Virus record (IMG/VR): IMGVR_UViG_3300044568_006268
Location: 1-64,000 of that record
From: an uncultured virus (IMG/VR IMGVR_UViG_3300044568_006268)
Taxonomy: Duplodnaviria > Heunggongvirae > Uroviricota > Caudoviricetes
Strand: one strand, 5' to 3'
DNA: 64,000 bases
This document shows, one piece after another, positions 1-12,200 of this stretch (the stretch's first letter is position 1; every line of letters begins with the position of its first letter). Under the pieces are notes generated by a model that saw only the letters and a list, made by a program, of their open reading frames with translations, was not told where the DNA came from and did no database searches. Both the position numbers and the translations under genes were made by a program.

Positions 1-2976
1 ATAATTGATATTAGAATATTCTGATCTATCTTTTATGATTACTTTAGCTCCTCTAAATAAAGTTTCTGAGAAATTACCATCAGTACCATACTCAAATATT
101 GAATATTTGTAATCTCTAGGAATATCTATTCCATCAATAGTTTCTCGAGTAAAATATGACAAAAAATAATCTTCTTTGATCGATAATAAATTTGCAGTTC
201 CACCGGTTCCACCGGTTAAACCTAAAAAGATTTCACTGCTGCCTAAAGTACCAATCTGTGGGATATTAGGAAAGTACAAATCTTCGTCGAAATAAGAAAA
301 CGAATTTTTCTTTTCGGTAAAACTCATATATGGTGGATATTTCTGTAGGTAATACCATTCATGAGTATAGAATTTAGGATTTCTATTCATCTCATCAAAA
401 GATGGTGAAAAATTACTATACCCGAATGATTGATCGGTATTTAATCGATATCCATTCTCTCTAACGTCGACTGATTCATTATCATATACCCACTTATTAA
501 TAAAAGGAACGACTCTAGAAGACAAAGCAATATCAGACAAAATATTTTCTTTAAGTCTATCATATTCATTCGTAACTAAAATATTCTGATCTAAGAAATC
601 ATCAGATAAACCACTTAGATTAGTAAATCCATTAGCGATAGCGAATGAAGAATTCGGTCCTATTAATGAATCAATATATCCTCTAGAAATATTACCGGTT
701 GGAGCAACTCCAAATCCTATATAACTAAAGGTTGCAGTTGACCCATTAGGTCCTGTCATTCCTAAATACCAATTATATAATGTGTTATATGAGGAATCTG
801 CATTTTTTGCGTAATCAGTACTTAAGAAATCGAAATCAAAATCTCTAATAGGGAAAATCGACAAATAGCCATTACTATTCTTAGATGATTGATATATTGG
901 TATTTGATTAGATGAAGTGAATTCAATATTTTCATTAGTTTCTTGTATACAATAGCTTATGTATTTGTCCCAGTGAAGAAAATCTAAAATTTCACCAAAT
1001 TCGTTATAAACCGGCTCTTCTAAGTATATTGAATAATCACTAATTAAACCAAAACCTTTATTGGTTTTAGTGTAAATTGGATCTGCATCATCATATAATT
1101 CTTGGAAATCCTCAGCATCTATAATAAATCTAGCGTTTGGATTGTCACACCCATTTACAAAATGATATTCGTAGTACTTACCAAAAGTGTCGGTAGATAA
1201 AGATATTGGAGAAGGACGGTACATCTGTTCAATATAATTAACAAAAATATTAGGCTTAGTAAAAGGATATATGTCAGAAGTACTAAAGAAAGAAAATTTA
1301 GATCGATTCCAATTTTCTGAGCTCATACGACTATAAACAATAACCGTATCTCCTCTAGACATAGATTCAAAAGTTACGTGTTCTTTATCATACTCATTTA
1401 TATGATTAATTGCCTTAGATATTGAAGTAGCTATTTGCGAAAAATCGCCGTTGATACTAAACGAATTTCCATTATTTTGACCGGCAATAAGAGAATCATC
1501 GGCAACGATAGTAAAGAAATCTATTACTTGAGATTCAATTGGATTAGTCCAATCAACCTTATTAATTCTAATCTGGTCACCGACAGTAATATCACCAATT
1601 ACGCTAAAAGAAAAATTAGGTCTACCTTTAAATTGAGTAGGTGTTGCATGTATATATTTTAATGGATCTCCAAAACCGCTGAAATTTTTCCAATCGACAG
1701 TTTTATCTTTTATTCTTAGGAATTTTCCATCTGAAATTGAGGTACTACCACTAATAGAATAAGTAGAAGTCCAACCTATCGATGAATTAATTGAATAAAA
1801 ATTGTTCTTTATATCTTTTACGTAAGGAAATCTAGGATTTTGGGTTTCACTCCATGTTATTAATCTACCTTCATATATACCGGTTCCTCCTGCATTTAAC
1901 TTAGGATAAATTTTTATCCCTTTATTGTTAGTTTGTATTTGTGTTTCATCGTTAGCCGAATATCCGATGTTATCGTAGAATGGAGTAGGCAATTGCTCAT
2001 ATTCGAAATTTCTATCATTAAATAATCTACTACCGTCTATTTCGAATTTACCTAATTCGGCTTCAGATACGTACATACCAAAATATCTGCTAAATTTAAA
2101 ATCTTCTTGGTTTAAATCGTCAAATAAAAATTCTAAATTTAAAATATTAGGATGTACTACTCCATGATTTTGAAATCCTAAGGTTAGGAAATCATCGCTT
2201 TCAGTTACAGTCTTATCTACTAAAACATAATCTATATAAATATCCTGAGACATTTTGCAAAACCCTCCGTAATCATATGAAATTCCTTGCCAATACGACA
2301 AATCGTTTTTCTCTATTGACGCATAAATAGAAGATTCTGGAAATAAAGGATCTTGAACATGATTTCTGATATATCTACCAATATTAGTCTTATCTGTTAA
2401 ATCAAAAGTTTTAATTATTTTAGAATTTTTGATATAATTTTTAAAGAAATTAGCTGGATTTTTTACTAAGTCATCTAAATATTTAGAATTATCTAGATTG
2501 ATAGAAAGATTTGCTTGTAACTCAGCATCATAATCGATACTAACAGGTCCTTCTAATTTAAAAATCACAAAATAATCAGGGATATTATCTCTCTCAGCCC
2601 ATAAAGGCGAGAATATAGAAAACTCTTCGCTATATATACGAGAAACTTTAGGTTGCATACCCATACAATATGTAAAATCGTATTGGTCTTTGTATCGATC
2701 TTTAACTTGTAATGACAAGTCCTTTTCGTAGACAGTATATGCAATAGTTTTGGGTAATGGTGTAGATCCTTGATCGTAGAATCTTTTTATGTCATTTGAA
2801 TACGATCCACCAGTTACATTAAATCCTTTATATATCGATTTTGACAATAATGGATCTGCATCAATAGACTCTAAAAACACTTGGTTTTTAGAGTCAGCAA
2901 TGATTTTTATATTTGTAGTTAATTTAGGATTTGTTCTAATTAATCCAAACGAAGTTCTTTTAAGTATTTCTGACAT
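1..2976 (-). CDS. Very large virion structural protein, 3'-truncated by the window edge
   Basis: Not in the ORF track (no stop in window). ATG at 2976 reads MSEILKRTSFGLIRTNPKLTTNIK...HPNILNLEFLFDD...FSRYFGMY; segments I translated near the window start are also in this frame. Continues the structural operon. Confidence 0.8.
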   Translation of the reverse strand, partial: MSEILKRTSFGLIRTNPKLTTNIKIIADSKNQVFLESIDADPLLSKSIYKGFNVTGGSYSNDIKRFYDQGSTPLPKTIAYTVYEKDLSLQVKDRYKDQYDFTYCMGMQPKVSRIYSEEFSIFSPLWAERDNIPDYFVIFKLEGPVSIDYDAELQANLSINLDNSKYLDDLVKNPANFFKNYIKNSKIIKTFDLTDKTNIGRYIRNHVQDPLFPESSIYASIEKNDLSYWQGISYDYGGFCKMSQDIYIDYVLVDKTVTESDDFLTLGFQNHGVVHPNILNLEFLFDDLNQEDFKFSRYFGMYVSEAELGKFEIDGSRLFNDRNFEYEQLPTPFYDNIGYSANDETQIQTNNKGIKIYPKLNAGGTGIYEGRLITWSETQNPRFPYVKDIKNNFYSINSSIGWTSTYSISGSTSISDGKFLRIKDKTVDWKNFSGFGDPLKYIHATPTQFKGRPNFSFSVIGDITVGDQIRINKVDWTNPIESQVIDFFTIVADDSLIAGQNNGNSFSINGDFSQIATSISKAINHINEYDKEHVTFESMSRGDTVIVYSRMSSENWNRSKFSFFSTSDIYPFTKPNIFVNYIEQMYRPSPISLSTDTFGKYYEYHFVNGCDNPNARFIIDAEDFQELYDDADPIYTKTNKGFGLISDYSIYLEEPVYNEFGEILDFLHWDKYISYCIQETNENIEFTSSNQIPIYQSSKNSNGYLSIFPIRDFDFDFLSTDYAKNADSSYNTLYNWYLGMTGPNGSTATFSYIGFGVAPTGNISRGYIDSLIGPNSSFAIANGFTNLSGLSDDFLDQNILVTNEYDRLKENILSDIALSSRVVPFINKWVYDNESVDVRENGYRLNTDQSFGYSNFSPSFDEMNRNPKFYTHEWYYLQKYPPYMSFTEKKNSFSYFDEDLYFPNIPQIGTLGSSEIFLGLTGGTGGTANLLSIKEDYFLSYFTRETIDGIDIPRDYKYSIFEYGTDGNFSETLFRGAKVIIKDRSEYSNINY

Positions 2977-3036
2977 ATTAAGTTATTTATTCAATCCATT
3001 CTCGTAATACTCATCCTTCATAGGATATTTGTATTA

Positions 3037-6000
3037 TTATTTAGAAGTAGATGAACCGCTTCTAATAGTCTGGTCTCGTGAAGTTGTTGGTGTTACCACC
3101 TTTATTGTTTTCGTAAGGTCATCTAATGCAGTTTCGAAAGTTCTTGAAGGAATATCCTTAGTGATTACTGATTTAGAGTAATATCTAGCAGTAACTTCAA
3201 CATCAAACGAAAATCTTTCTTTATCTAGAGGATTAGGGTATATATCAATTCCAATAGTTTTAGTATATTCTAAATTTGTTCCACTATTAGAAGTTGGATC
3301 TCCTTTTACATTACCTAAACCTAAGTCACCAACTCCAAAATAATCTGTCATTCGATATTGGAAAGTTATTGGTATAGATATCGAATTAGTATTTCCGAAT
3401 TTAATGTCTTTGTAAGATATTGCATCATCTCCATTAACTCTCATATCAATATGAGAATTTGGATTGATGAATAAATAAGCACCAACTGATTTAGGTCCTA
3501 GTAAAAATTGGTCATTGACATCAAAACCAATTTTACAATTAATCAAGCTTGAAGGATCTTTGTAATATGCGTTTTGTGTATTTGAACCGGTAGAACCCTT
3601 AACGATATTACCTAATATAGAATTTCTTACTAATGAAGGTACCGTTGTACTATTTATAGTTAAAGGAGTAACTCCAGTTGCAATCCAATCTGCGATATCA
3701 GGATGTTTTACGTGTACTTGTATATTATTTATTAATGCAGATTGTACAGCTGCAAGAGAATATGATACTACATCACTTAGACCTGTTCCACCTTTCCATA
3801 TAAAATCAGTAGTTGGATTACCGTTGGCTAATCCAGTTAATGTAGATAAATTAGTAGTCCATTCAAGTTGAGTCGATGTAGAAACTAGATTACCGGATAA
3901 ATCTAATATTTGATATGATGAAGCAGCTCCATCAATAGCACTATATAAAGCTCGAGTTCCATCTACTGAAGTATATCTAGAATTAATAAATTGACCCATT
4001 ACTTGAGTAGATTGATATGGAGTATTTCTAATGAATCCATAATTTAAAACATCATTAGCATCTGGATTTGATAAACCTAAAGGAACATAATCATATCTTC
4101 TTAAGCGATTATAATCTACGTCACTATTACTATATGTTAAGTTTGTAGGTTCTAATGTATTACTTGAATTTACAACCGAGAATCTAGATCCATACATTCT
4201 AGAATACAATTCTAGAAATGATGCAGCTTCGTTAGAAATCTTAATAAAGTAATTTTTAGATATAATAACACCCTTTTTAATTGGTAATGATGCAACCTGA
4301 TCTCTATAATTACCGGCAAATAATCTAACGGTTGAATTCTTCTGAACTGAGTATTCTTGTCCAGCATCATCAACAATAATAACTGATATAGCACCTTTAG
4401 CATTTGCAATAAGACCTCTAAGATTTTGAATTTCTAAATCCATAGAGTTTAATTTATCAAATAGCGTTATAATATTGTTTTCTGGTGTTAAAAACCCTGA
4501 AGCAACGTGAATTGCATCGGTAGTAAAGAATTTTCCATTTTGAGTTAAAGTTTGTTGTGAAACTTTATCCAAATTCATATTAGTTAAATCAGATTTTACC
4601 TGAACTCTAATCTGATCCATTTTAGCTTGCTCAAGAATATCTTTAGTATCTGGTATCGATTCAAATTCGGCTGGAAAATCGATTCTAACTATTTCTGACC
4701 ATTCAGATTCAATAGTAGTTACTGGCCAACCGGCTTCAGATATAGATTTTACTCTAAACTCAATACTTTCTCCAGCTTGAATAGGAAAATCAATTTGATT
4801 GATATTTATTGCATCGGCATTTTCTACATCTTCTACTGCCCAATAAGCTTTTCTTGAAGTAGGATTAATGTCACGTTTTCTTACAGGAGATTTATATTCG
4901 TTCCAGGTTGAAAATGTTCCTCTTCTAACTACACCATTGTTATCTACAAATTGTAATTGTTGTGGTTGATTGGCTGATCCATCTTTCTTAACATATCGAT
5001 ATTGCGTAACAAATTGAATAACTTCTTGAGGTTCTGTTCTATCTGATTTTTGTGCAACTGGCATAGGAAAAAATCCTCTAACTCTATATTTAGGAGCAGT
5101 ATCAATCGATTTTACTGTAGATAGTTTTGTTATATCCTCAACGATAGATGCATGTAAAGAAGAGTTAGTACTTCTATCATCAACTAATTTAGATAATTTA
5201 CTATTGTCAGTATCTTGTAATTTTTGTGACGAATATTTAGTTGTTTGTACTTTAGTTTTAACTTCGGTGATAGATTTATCTAATGCAGTTAATTGAGATT
5301 GGATTCTCAATTTATCTGATTGTAAACTTTTAATTTTTATAGCATTACCACTAGAAGTAATATGATCGTTTATAGGAAGTACTTGAAAATTCCCAGTAGA
5401 AACTAAAGGTGGAGTAGGCTGAACTGCAAAAGTAGAAGGAGGAGTTTTATCCTTAACTGTTGAGTATAAGTATGCACCAAAATCTACAACTTCATTTTGA
5501 TAGAATGTAGATAAAGCCATAGAATTACCAGTTGCCGGATCTATGATTCTTAAACTATTTGTATAAAGACCAACACCAGGAGACCAATTAACTGATTGAA
5601 TTCTAGAATCTGGATCGATAGGTTTCACGAAAATTACACAATATTCGTTGAATCCGATAGACACATTAGCAAATACATCAGATTTATCTTCGCCATAAAA
5701 AGTAAGAACATCCTTACCGATAGTTATGTTATCAAAACCTTCAATTAATTTAACCGCAACAGTTCTCGTAGAAGCATCAACTTGTAATATTTCGAATCTA
5801 GTATTCTGTCTTCCGGAATTAATTACAAGAGAATCACCTATTTTTAAAGATTGAGTTCCTAAATATTTAGATTGATTATCATTGTATGTTAATTTATCTA
5901 ATTGTACTCTAAGTACTCTATTTTGAACGCTAGCTCCATTTATAATTGAAGTTAGTGTATCATCGAATACATTTGTTACTGTATATTTACCAGAATATCT

Positions 6001-6621
6001 TAATGTTCTAGGAGGCATATCTACTACATCTTTATCTAAAAAGAAAGTAATTCCATAATCAATCAAGATTTTAGAGAAATCTGCAAATTTGATATTTGAC
6101 TTAGCCGAAAATCTAGAGTTAAATAATTTAAGCTTTGCTGGAGTATCAAGATTCAATATGTATCTTGCAACTTCGATTTTTTCAGTTTCATATTTTACCT
6201 GTCCGGTAAGATTAAATGAAACATATAGCAAAGGATTTAAGAATGATTCAAAAAACCAATTTTCTTTCTTATTGAAAGTTGTAGGTACTGGCATAGTTTG
6301 AATATCTTCAGCTTCTTTTAATAAAGAAGAAACTAAGATTTTTCTAAATGAACCGTCAGATAATTGAACTGATGTAGATGAATCACCTACTGCAGTTAAA
6401 CTTTTGATATTGTTCTCCATTTGAACCATTTGATTCTTAAGAGCTCCGTATGAAGGAATGTATACTTTTTGTATAGTTCCTGTACTATCCATTACATCTA
6501 CTTCGACAGTATCTGAATTAGAAGAAACTACATCAGATAGCTTCGTAATAATTTGATATCCGTTGTTTTGTAACTTTAAAAGATTGTTTAGAAGTGTTGT
6601 TAATGAGTATTTCGTATCCAT
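3037..6621 (-). CDS. Large virion structural protein with coiled coil and Fn3-like segment
   Basis: 1194 aa; coiled coil near aa 430-500; EFRVKSISEAGWP...SEWSE Fn3-like motif; structural context. Confidence 0.6.
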   Translation of the reverse strand: MDTKYSLTTLLNNLLKLQNNGYQIITKLSDVVSSNSDTVEVDVMDSTGTIQKVYIPSYGALKNQMVQMENNIKSLTAVGDSSTSVQLSDGSFRKILVSSLLKEAEDIQTMPVPTTFNKKENWFFESFLNPLLYVSFNLTGQVKYETEKIEVARYILNLDTPAKLKLFNSRFSAKSNIKFADFSKILIDYGITFFLDKDVVDMPPRTLRYSGKYTVTNVFDDTLTSIINGASVQNRVLRVQLDKLTYNDNQSKYLGTQSLKIGDSLVINSGRQNTRFEILQVDASTRTVAVKLIEGFDNITIGKDVLTFYGEDKSDVFANVSIGFNEYCVIFVKPIDPDSRIQSVNWSPGVGLYTNSLRIIDPATGNSMALSTFYQNEVVDFGAYLYSTVKDKTPPSTFAVQPTPPLVSTGNFQVLPINDHITSSGNAIKIKSLQSDKLRIQSQLTALDKSITEVKTKVQTTKYSSQKLQDTDNSKLSKLVDDRSTNSSLHASIVEDITKLSTVKSIDTAPKYRVRGFFPMPVAQKSDRTEPQEVIQFVTQYRYVKKDGSANQPQQLQFVDNNGVVRRGTFSTWNEYKSPVRKRDINPTSRKAYWAVEDVENADAININQIDFPIQAGESIEFRVKSISEAGWPVTTIESEWSEIVRIDFPAEFESIPDTKDILEQAKMDQIRVQVKSDLTNMNLDKVSQQTLTQNGKFFTTDAIHVASGFLTPENNIITLFDKLNSMDLEIQNLRGLIANAKGAISVIIVDDAGQEYSVQKNSTVRLFAGNYRDQVASLPIKKGVIISKNYFIKISNEAASFLELYSRMYGSRFSVVNSSNTLEPTNLTYSNSDVDYNRLRRYDYVPLGLSNPDANDVLNYGFIRNTPYQSTQVMGQFINSRYTSVDGTRALYSAIDGAASSYQILDLSGNLVSTSTQLEWTTNLSTLTGLANGNPTTDFIWKGGTGLSDVVSYSLAAVQSALINNIQVHVKHPDIADWIATGVTPLTINSTTVPSLVRNSILGNIVKGSTGSNTQNAYYKDPSSLINCKIGFDVNDQFLLGPKSVGAYLFINPNSHIDMRVNGDDAISYKDIKFGNTNSISIPITFQYRMTDYFGVGDLGLGNVKGDPTSNSGTNLEYTKTIGIDIYPNPLDKERFSFDVEVTARYYSKSVITKDIPSRTFETALDDLTKTIKVVTPTTSRDQTIRSGSSTSK

Positions 6622-6623
6622 TT

Positions 6624-8693
6624 TTATCTTATTATGTCTATATTAAATGTGTATCGATTTCCATCAGTACACGTAATTTCTATTATTGGTTTGTTTGTTA
6701 TTTGCATTGATGCATCCATAGAACCTATTATTACTCCGTAAATTCCATTACCTAATCGATTTTTAGCATCGGTTCTAATGTATATAGTCTTACCTGCAAA
6801 ATCGACAGGATCTGCAAAAACTATCTTAAAAGTTTGACCCGTTTTCCAAAATATTGGATAATCTTGGATGTTGATTATTACACTATCTTGAAAAACTTCA
6901 ATTCCATTTACTATATTTGGATGAGATGTATTAAGTTGACGATAATAATTAGAAAACTCTCCTAAAGTTAATACGTTGTTTAAATATGTATCAGTTGGAT
7001 CTATTCCATTTGCATATGTTGTTCGTAAACTTCCTAATGGGTTTATTGTATTTATCGTATTTCTACATTGTGAAAATGTAGAAACTCCTTGAATTCTATT
7101 ACTTAATGTTATTTGATTAGGTACAGTTCTATCTAAAAATACTCCAGCTCCTTGTTTAAGAACGTCTGTATTATATGTTAAATTGACTGACAAATTACCG
7201 GAAAGTAACTTATTGATATTATCTGCATTTACGTTAATCAAATCTAGCAATGTTGTACTAGAAGAAAATGCAAGTTTAGCATTATTAAGACTAGATTCTA
7301 GTGCAGATAATCTTTGAGATAAAGTTGTAAGTTCTTCTTGAGTAAAATAGAAATTTTCTAGATTACGTAATCTATCTTTGATTGTAATGATTTCTAATTC
7401 TGAGTCGATAAACATTGCAGCAGCTTCTTGTAAACGAGTCGATGCATCAATGAATAAATCCATCGAGAAAGTATTGTAATCGTTTATGAGAGTTTCTACT
7501 CCTGCATTTTCTACAGTTGAATCGAATTTAATGTCAATTTTTAAACTATAACTATTACCATTAAGTTTAGTAATCTTATTTGGCTTATATTTATCAAATC
7601 TTTTGATGTAGCTATTACCAACTCCAGAGTTAACATAATCGTCTAAAATTAAAACTCCATATAAGTTAGTAGCCTTTTGACTTGAATTTGAAGCCGAATA
7701 TGAATCATAATAAACCAAAGCTGCGTTAAAAGAAAAATCAGGAGCAGCATCAGTACCGTTAAATTCGTCAATTGTAGATATTGTACCATCGTTAACAATA
7801 GGAGAATAGTTATTAGCGTCAAAATCTAAAATAATACCATCCATACGAGAAAGTAAAACTGGTTTAGATGATCCGGCAGCAGGTAATGCTACGAATCCTG
7901 ACCAATTTGCAGTTGACCCGAAAGTAGAATATGTATTATACGATAAACTTTGATCGTCATCGTAGTATGCTCTTAAATCTAAACCGCTAGGATGAACTGA
8001 TGATATATTTCTACCGGTGATATAAGTTTCACCATTAGTCCAAATTCTATTTGGAGCATAATTGTTATCTTCGTAAGTTTTCCATAAAACCACTGGAGTA
8101 CCTCCATGATTAGTAGGAATATTTATGTAAATTTCAGAATATGCATCACCACCTCTAGAAACGTTATTAACAATATCAATATCACCAATATATCTAACTA
8201 CTTTGTTATAATATTGAGTTGGATCTTCTTCCGTATATCGAAAATTGGTAGTAGATTCGGCAACCGATGCATCACGAAAACGCATTGCATTTAATTGAGT
8301 CATCCACTTCCAAAATATTCTTTCTGCTACGGTATAGGTTTGACTAGGATCGTAAGGTTTAACTATTGTATTAGTACCTTGACGTATTTCCTCTTCAAAA
8401 TTAAGTACATAATTTTGAAAAGACTCGGCTATATTTATGTTATTATCAACTGATAAAGCAGGTACAGAAGAAGTTCCTCCTGTCAATACACCACCAATAC
8501 CTTCCCAAACTACGTAATTTTCGTTGTTGCTTGAAGGAGTAGCTACATCCGGAATATTAAGAAGAGCAAATTTAGAGAAAACAAATCTTGCATCGTCATC
8601 AGTAAAAGTCTTTTGGATATCAGCTACTGCAGACGAAAATGTATAGAATGTCCCTCCAGATATTCTAAGAGGATTAATTAACGGTGTTGCCAT
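6624..8693 (-). CDS. Putative virion structural protein
   Basis: 689 aa, beta-rich with central coiled coil, coupled to neighbouring genes. Confidence 0.55.
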   Translation of the reverse strand: MATPLINPLRISGGTFYTFSSAVADIQKTFTDDDARFVFSKFALLNIPDVATPSSNNENYVVWEGIGGVLTGGTSSVPALSVDNNINIAESFQNYVLNFEEEIRQGTNTIVKPYDPSQTYTVAERIFWKWMTQLNAMRFRDASVAESTTNFRYTEEDPTQYYNKVVRYIGDIDIVNNVSRGGDAYSEIYINIPTNHGGTPVVLWKTYEDNNYAPNRIWTNGETYITGRNISSVHPSGLDLRAYYDDDQSLSYNTYSTFGSTANWSGFVALPAAGSSKPVLLSRMDGIILDFDANNYSPIVNDGTISTIDEFNGTDAAPDFSFNAALVYYDSYSASNSSQKATNLYGVLILDDYVNSGVGNSYIKRFDKYKPNKITKLNGNSYSLKIDIKFDSTVENAGVETLINDYNTFSMDLFIDASTRLQEAAAMFIDSELEIITIKDRLRNLENFYFTQEELTTLSQRLSALESSLNNAKLAFSSSTTLLDLINVNADNINKLLSGNLSVNLTYNTDVLKQGAGVFLDRTVPNQITLSNRIQGVSTFSQCRNTINTINPLGSLRTTYANGIDPTDTYLNNVLTLGEFSNYYRQLNTSHPNIVNGIEVFQDSVIINIQDYPIFWKTGQTFKIVFADPVDFAGKTIYIRTDAKNRLGNGIYGVIIGSMDASMQITNKPIIEITCTDGNRYTFNIDIIR

Positions 8694-8709
8694 TTAAAAT
8701 TTTGTTTTA

Positions 8710-9282
8710 TTATAGAGTAGTTGCTCCAGTAGCAGAAATCTTATACCAAGTACCAGTTGCTCCAGCACCAGTAGTAGTTCCTACGCAATAAGCAAGAACA
8801 TTTTGAGTAGTATCATAAACTAATGAACCTAATTCTGGATTTTGAATAGTTCTAATGATTGCAGTAGTTTGTCTAGGTAGAATTGCAGCACTAAGATTAC
8901 CTGTTGCAGTACCACCAGTAGCACCAGCAAAATCTATGAAATATGTAGTAGCACCACCACCTAATTGTTTTAAGCTTCTTTTAATTCTACATCCAGAGTT
9001 TGGTCCAAATTCTAAGAATCCATTAGATCCAACTTTTAGATTACCTTGATAAGCAACGATATCTCCAGTCGTAGATGAAATTTCACCAAGAGTAGTTATG
9101 GATCCAGTGTTGATTTTAGGATTAGATCCAAATGTTGCATTGTCAAAATATCCAGTAGATATGTTAACCATTTGAAGTACGGAATTCAATGCATCGCTTA
9201 AAGTAGAGAAATTATCATTGATTGTAATTCTGGTAGCTGCGATTGAATCAGTACCATTGATTGTTGTTAATTGTATTGCCAT
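8710..9282 (-). CDS. Short fibre/baseplate-associated protein
   Basis: N-terminal DSIAATRITINDNF motif typical of T4-like gp9/gp10/fibre N-termini; GSLVYDTT fibre motif. Confidence 0.55.
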   Translation of the reverse strand: MAIQLTTINGTDSIAATRITINDNFSTLSDALNSVLQMVNISTGYFDNATFGSNPKINTGSITTLGEISSTTGDIVAYQGNLKVGSNGFLEFGPNSGCRIKRSLKQLGGGATTYFIDFAGATGGTATGNLSAAILPRQTTAIIRTIQNPELGSLVYDTTQNVLAYCVGTTTGAGATGTWYKISATGATTL

Positions 9283-9285
9283 TGT

Positions 9286-12200
9286 TTAGACGATTTTTAT
9301 TAGTTCTTGTTTTTTAATTGTTTTCTTATTACCATTAGAATCCTCAATAGTTAAAGATAATGAATAACTACCTCGTAATGTAAACATATATGAGAAATAT
9401 GGATTATTGTAATATATATCCTCAAACGAAGTATCATCATCCTTTTGTAGCAACCAAGTGAAATTAGTTTTACCTACCATCTTAGATGAATCATATGTAA
9501 AGTTAACTGAAGTTAATATTGGTAATTCTTGTTGATATTTTAAAATTCTAATGTCATTCCATGAAGGATTTTTAATAAGTGATCGACCCATCCAAGTACC
9601 TTTTACTCCGGTTCCATATGTAGTATTAATAGTTTGAGGTTCAGTAAATCTTTTAGCAACTCCTTGAATTTTAACTTCAGAAAACGAGCTAGGTCCTGTA
9701 CCACCGGTCCAACCAGCAGCACCATAAACCATATTATAAACAAAATCACCTATTACCGGTAAAGCCTGAGCAGTTGCACCATTTAATTCTTTAACTAATT
9801 TACTTAAAGAAGTAGCACCAATTACGTACTCGTAAGAGGCAGTAGCACCTTCGTTGTATTGTACCGTAAATGTAGCTCCTGTACTTCCTGAAGGAATTTG
9901 ATATATTTCAAAATGAGTAGGAATATCTCCTAAATATCCAAAATATTGAGTATCATAAGAATTAGTTTCACCTATTAAATTATTGTAACCTATTCTATGT
10001 CTACCATATTTATCAAATCCCACTGATGCAGCTTTAACATATGGAATTAATGCATTTGTTGCATCATATTCTTCGTTATAGTAATATATGAAGTCTTTGA
10101 ATAACTTACTAGTAGGAGCAAATGTATTTAACGCATCTACGATCGATATCATATTATCTTTGTCGTTTCCACCAATTGGAAAGTTTACTTTTACTACTTC
10201 TAATTCATCCGATACTAAATTCCAAAGGGTTCCATCATTAACAAAAGTAGTATCTAAAGAAGCTACATATGCTATATCACCAGTTGTACCAGCTATCGTT
10301 GTACTAGTAGGTCCAGTCCATCCAGTAGGTCCTACTTCATAATATTTATTGTTACTTAAGTTTAATGTCGAGTTAGCCCTAGTCATCCATATCGTACCAC
10401 TAGTTGCACCTATTCCAGTTGTACCAGTTATCTTCCATTCAGTTATTCGTGTTCCTGTATTGTCCCACCATAAATGATATGCATCGTCCCAAGTAGGAAT
10501 ATTTCCTATTAGATTAAATCGATAAGGATAACGATCAACTAAAGGATTGTCTATTGGATTAATCATTGTTTGATAGAATTCAATTGAATCTAAAGAATTA
10601 CCTGTAATTTCTGCCATTTCGATAGCTTCATTAGGTTGTAAAGGTAAATCCCAATTAGATGCATATTCATCCCATGTAAGAAATTGATTAGGTGTTGGAA
10701 TTTGCCACTGACTGCCTGAACCTACTTTGTTAGTAGCTTCTATATTTTGAACTTGACGTCTAATATCATCAAATGTATAATCTAATTCTCTTTTTGTGTA
10801 CCATCCTATGAAATCAGCTTCTTTAGCTTCAACTTCTATTTGTTGCATGTTAGATGTATATGCTTGGTTATTAAATAAATCCCATAGCCTAAGCTCTACA
10901 TCATATTTACCAACATAAGGCAAATTTGTTGCAAATTCATTTATTTCATATATAGTCTTTGGTCCAGTATCTAATCGATAAGCCGGTGTTTCATCTTCAG
11001 ATTTACTAATAATCCATTGCATTTCATGGTAACCCATATATCCTATATTTTCCCATGAATATGTAAATTGATGAGGATAATTATTAGAAGGAAATCCAGT
11101 TACTCCAATCGTTATAGGATTAATAATACTCGTCGAACCAGTCCAACCTATTACTTCAAATGAATTGTTAAATTGAGAATATAGAGTAGAGAATGTCGAG
11201 CCTATTGAATCTACTTGATTAAAATTTGCATCTGCATTATCCCATGTAATATCGAAAGTTTTATTTTTTAATATGACCGGAAATCCAATAGGAATATTAG
11301 CATCATCGGAAAGACCACTAACTGGTAAATTCATATCTTCAAAAAATCCTACATACGCAGTATTGTATAAAGACACAGGTGGACCTGCAGCACCATAAGT
11401 TCCAGTTGCACTTGATATTATTGCCGGAATATTTAATTGACTACTAGGATATGTTGAAGGGAATCCAGTTAAAACGCTACATACGAAACTTATTTCAGGT
11501 GCAGTAGCAGAAGTTGCTCCAGGAACAGGACCTCTAGAAACTATTCGAACCCATCCAGGATTATCTAATTCTGGATACGCATATACATTAGCCTGTATAA
11601 ACTCTATATCTTGTTGATTATTATAAACGCTATATGTTGGATTATTTATGGATTTAGCTAATCTAGCGCAAATTTCCTCTTCAGAGATATCGTTTGTACT
11701 TCTTCGTGGATCGTGAAAATAAAAATCATATCCACCAACATATGAATTAGATCCGACAGTATATACTATCTCAGTAGATATTGCCTGATTTGCATTTGTT
11801 ATAATATTTGAGTTTACATGAAATCTCCAAACTAAATAGTTAGAATAACCAGCAGCACTCACATCAGGACCTATTGGTGCTCCTAAAAATTGAAGAGCAC
11901 GTAGGTCTTGAATATAACCTTTTTCGCTAGGATATACCTCATATTTAGGATGAATTCCCATAGAAATCGAATCAATTCGATTTCGAGATATAACATTGTT
12001 AATTTTATATTGTGCAAAGAATATAGCTTCTCCGGTTATATCTACAATTTGAGTATTTATTGGTAAGAAGTATTGTATTAATTTCTTTTTTAGGGCAAAT
12101 ATTTTAGTAAGAACTTCTTCAGGAGTAAATGTATAAACTTCTTCAACTATAGGAAGACCGTCATCATCATATTCCCCAGATTCTACAGTTATATCATAAA

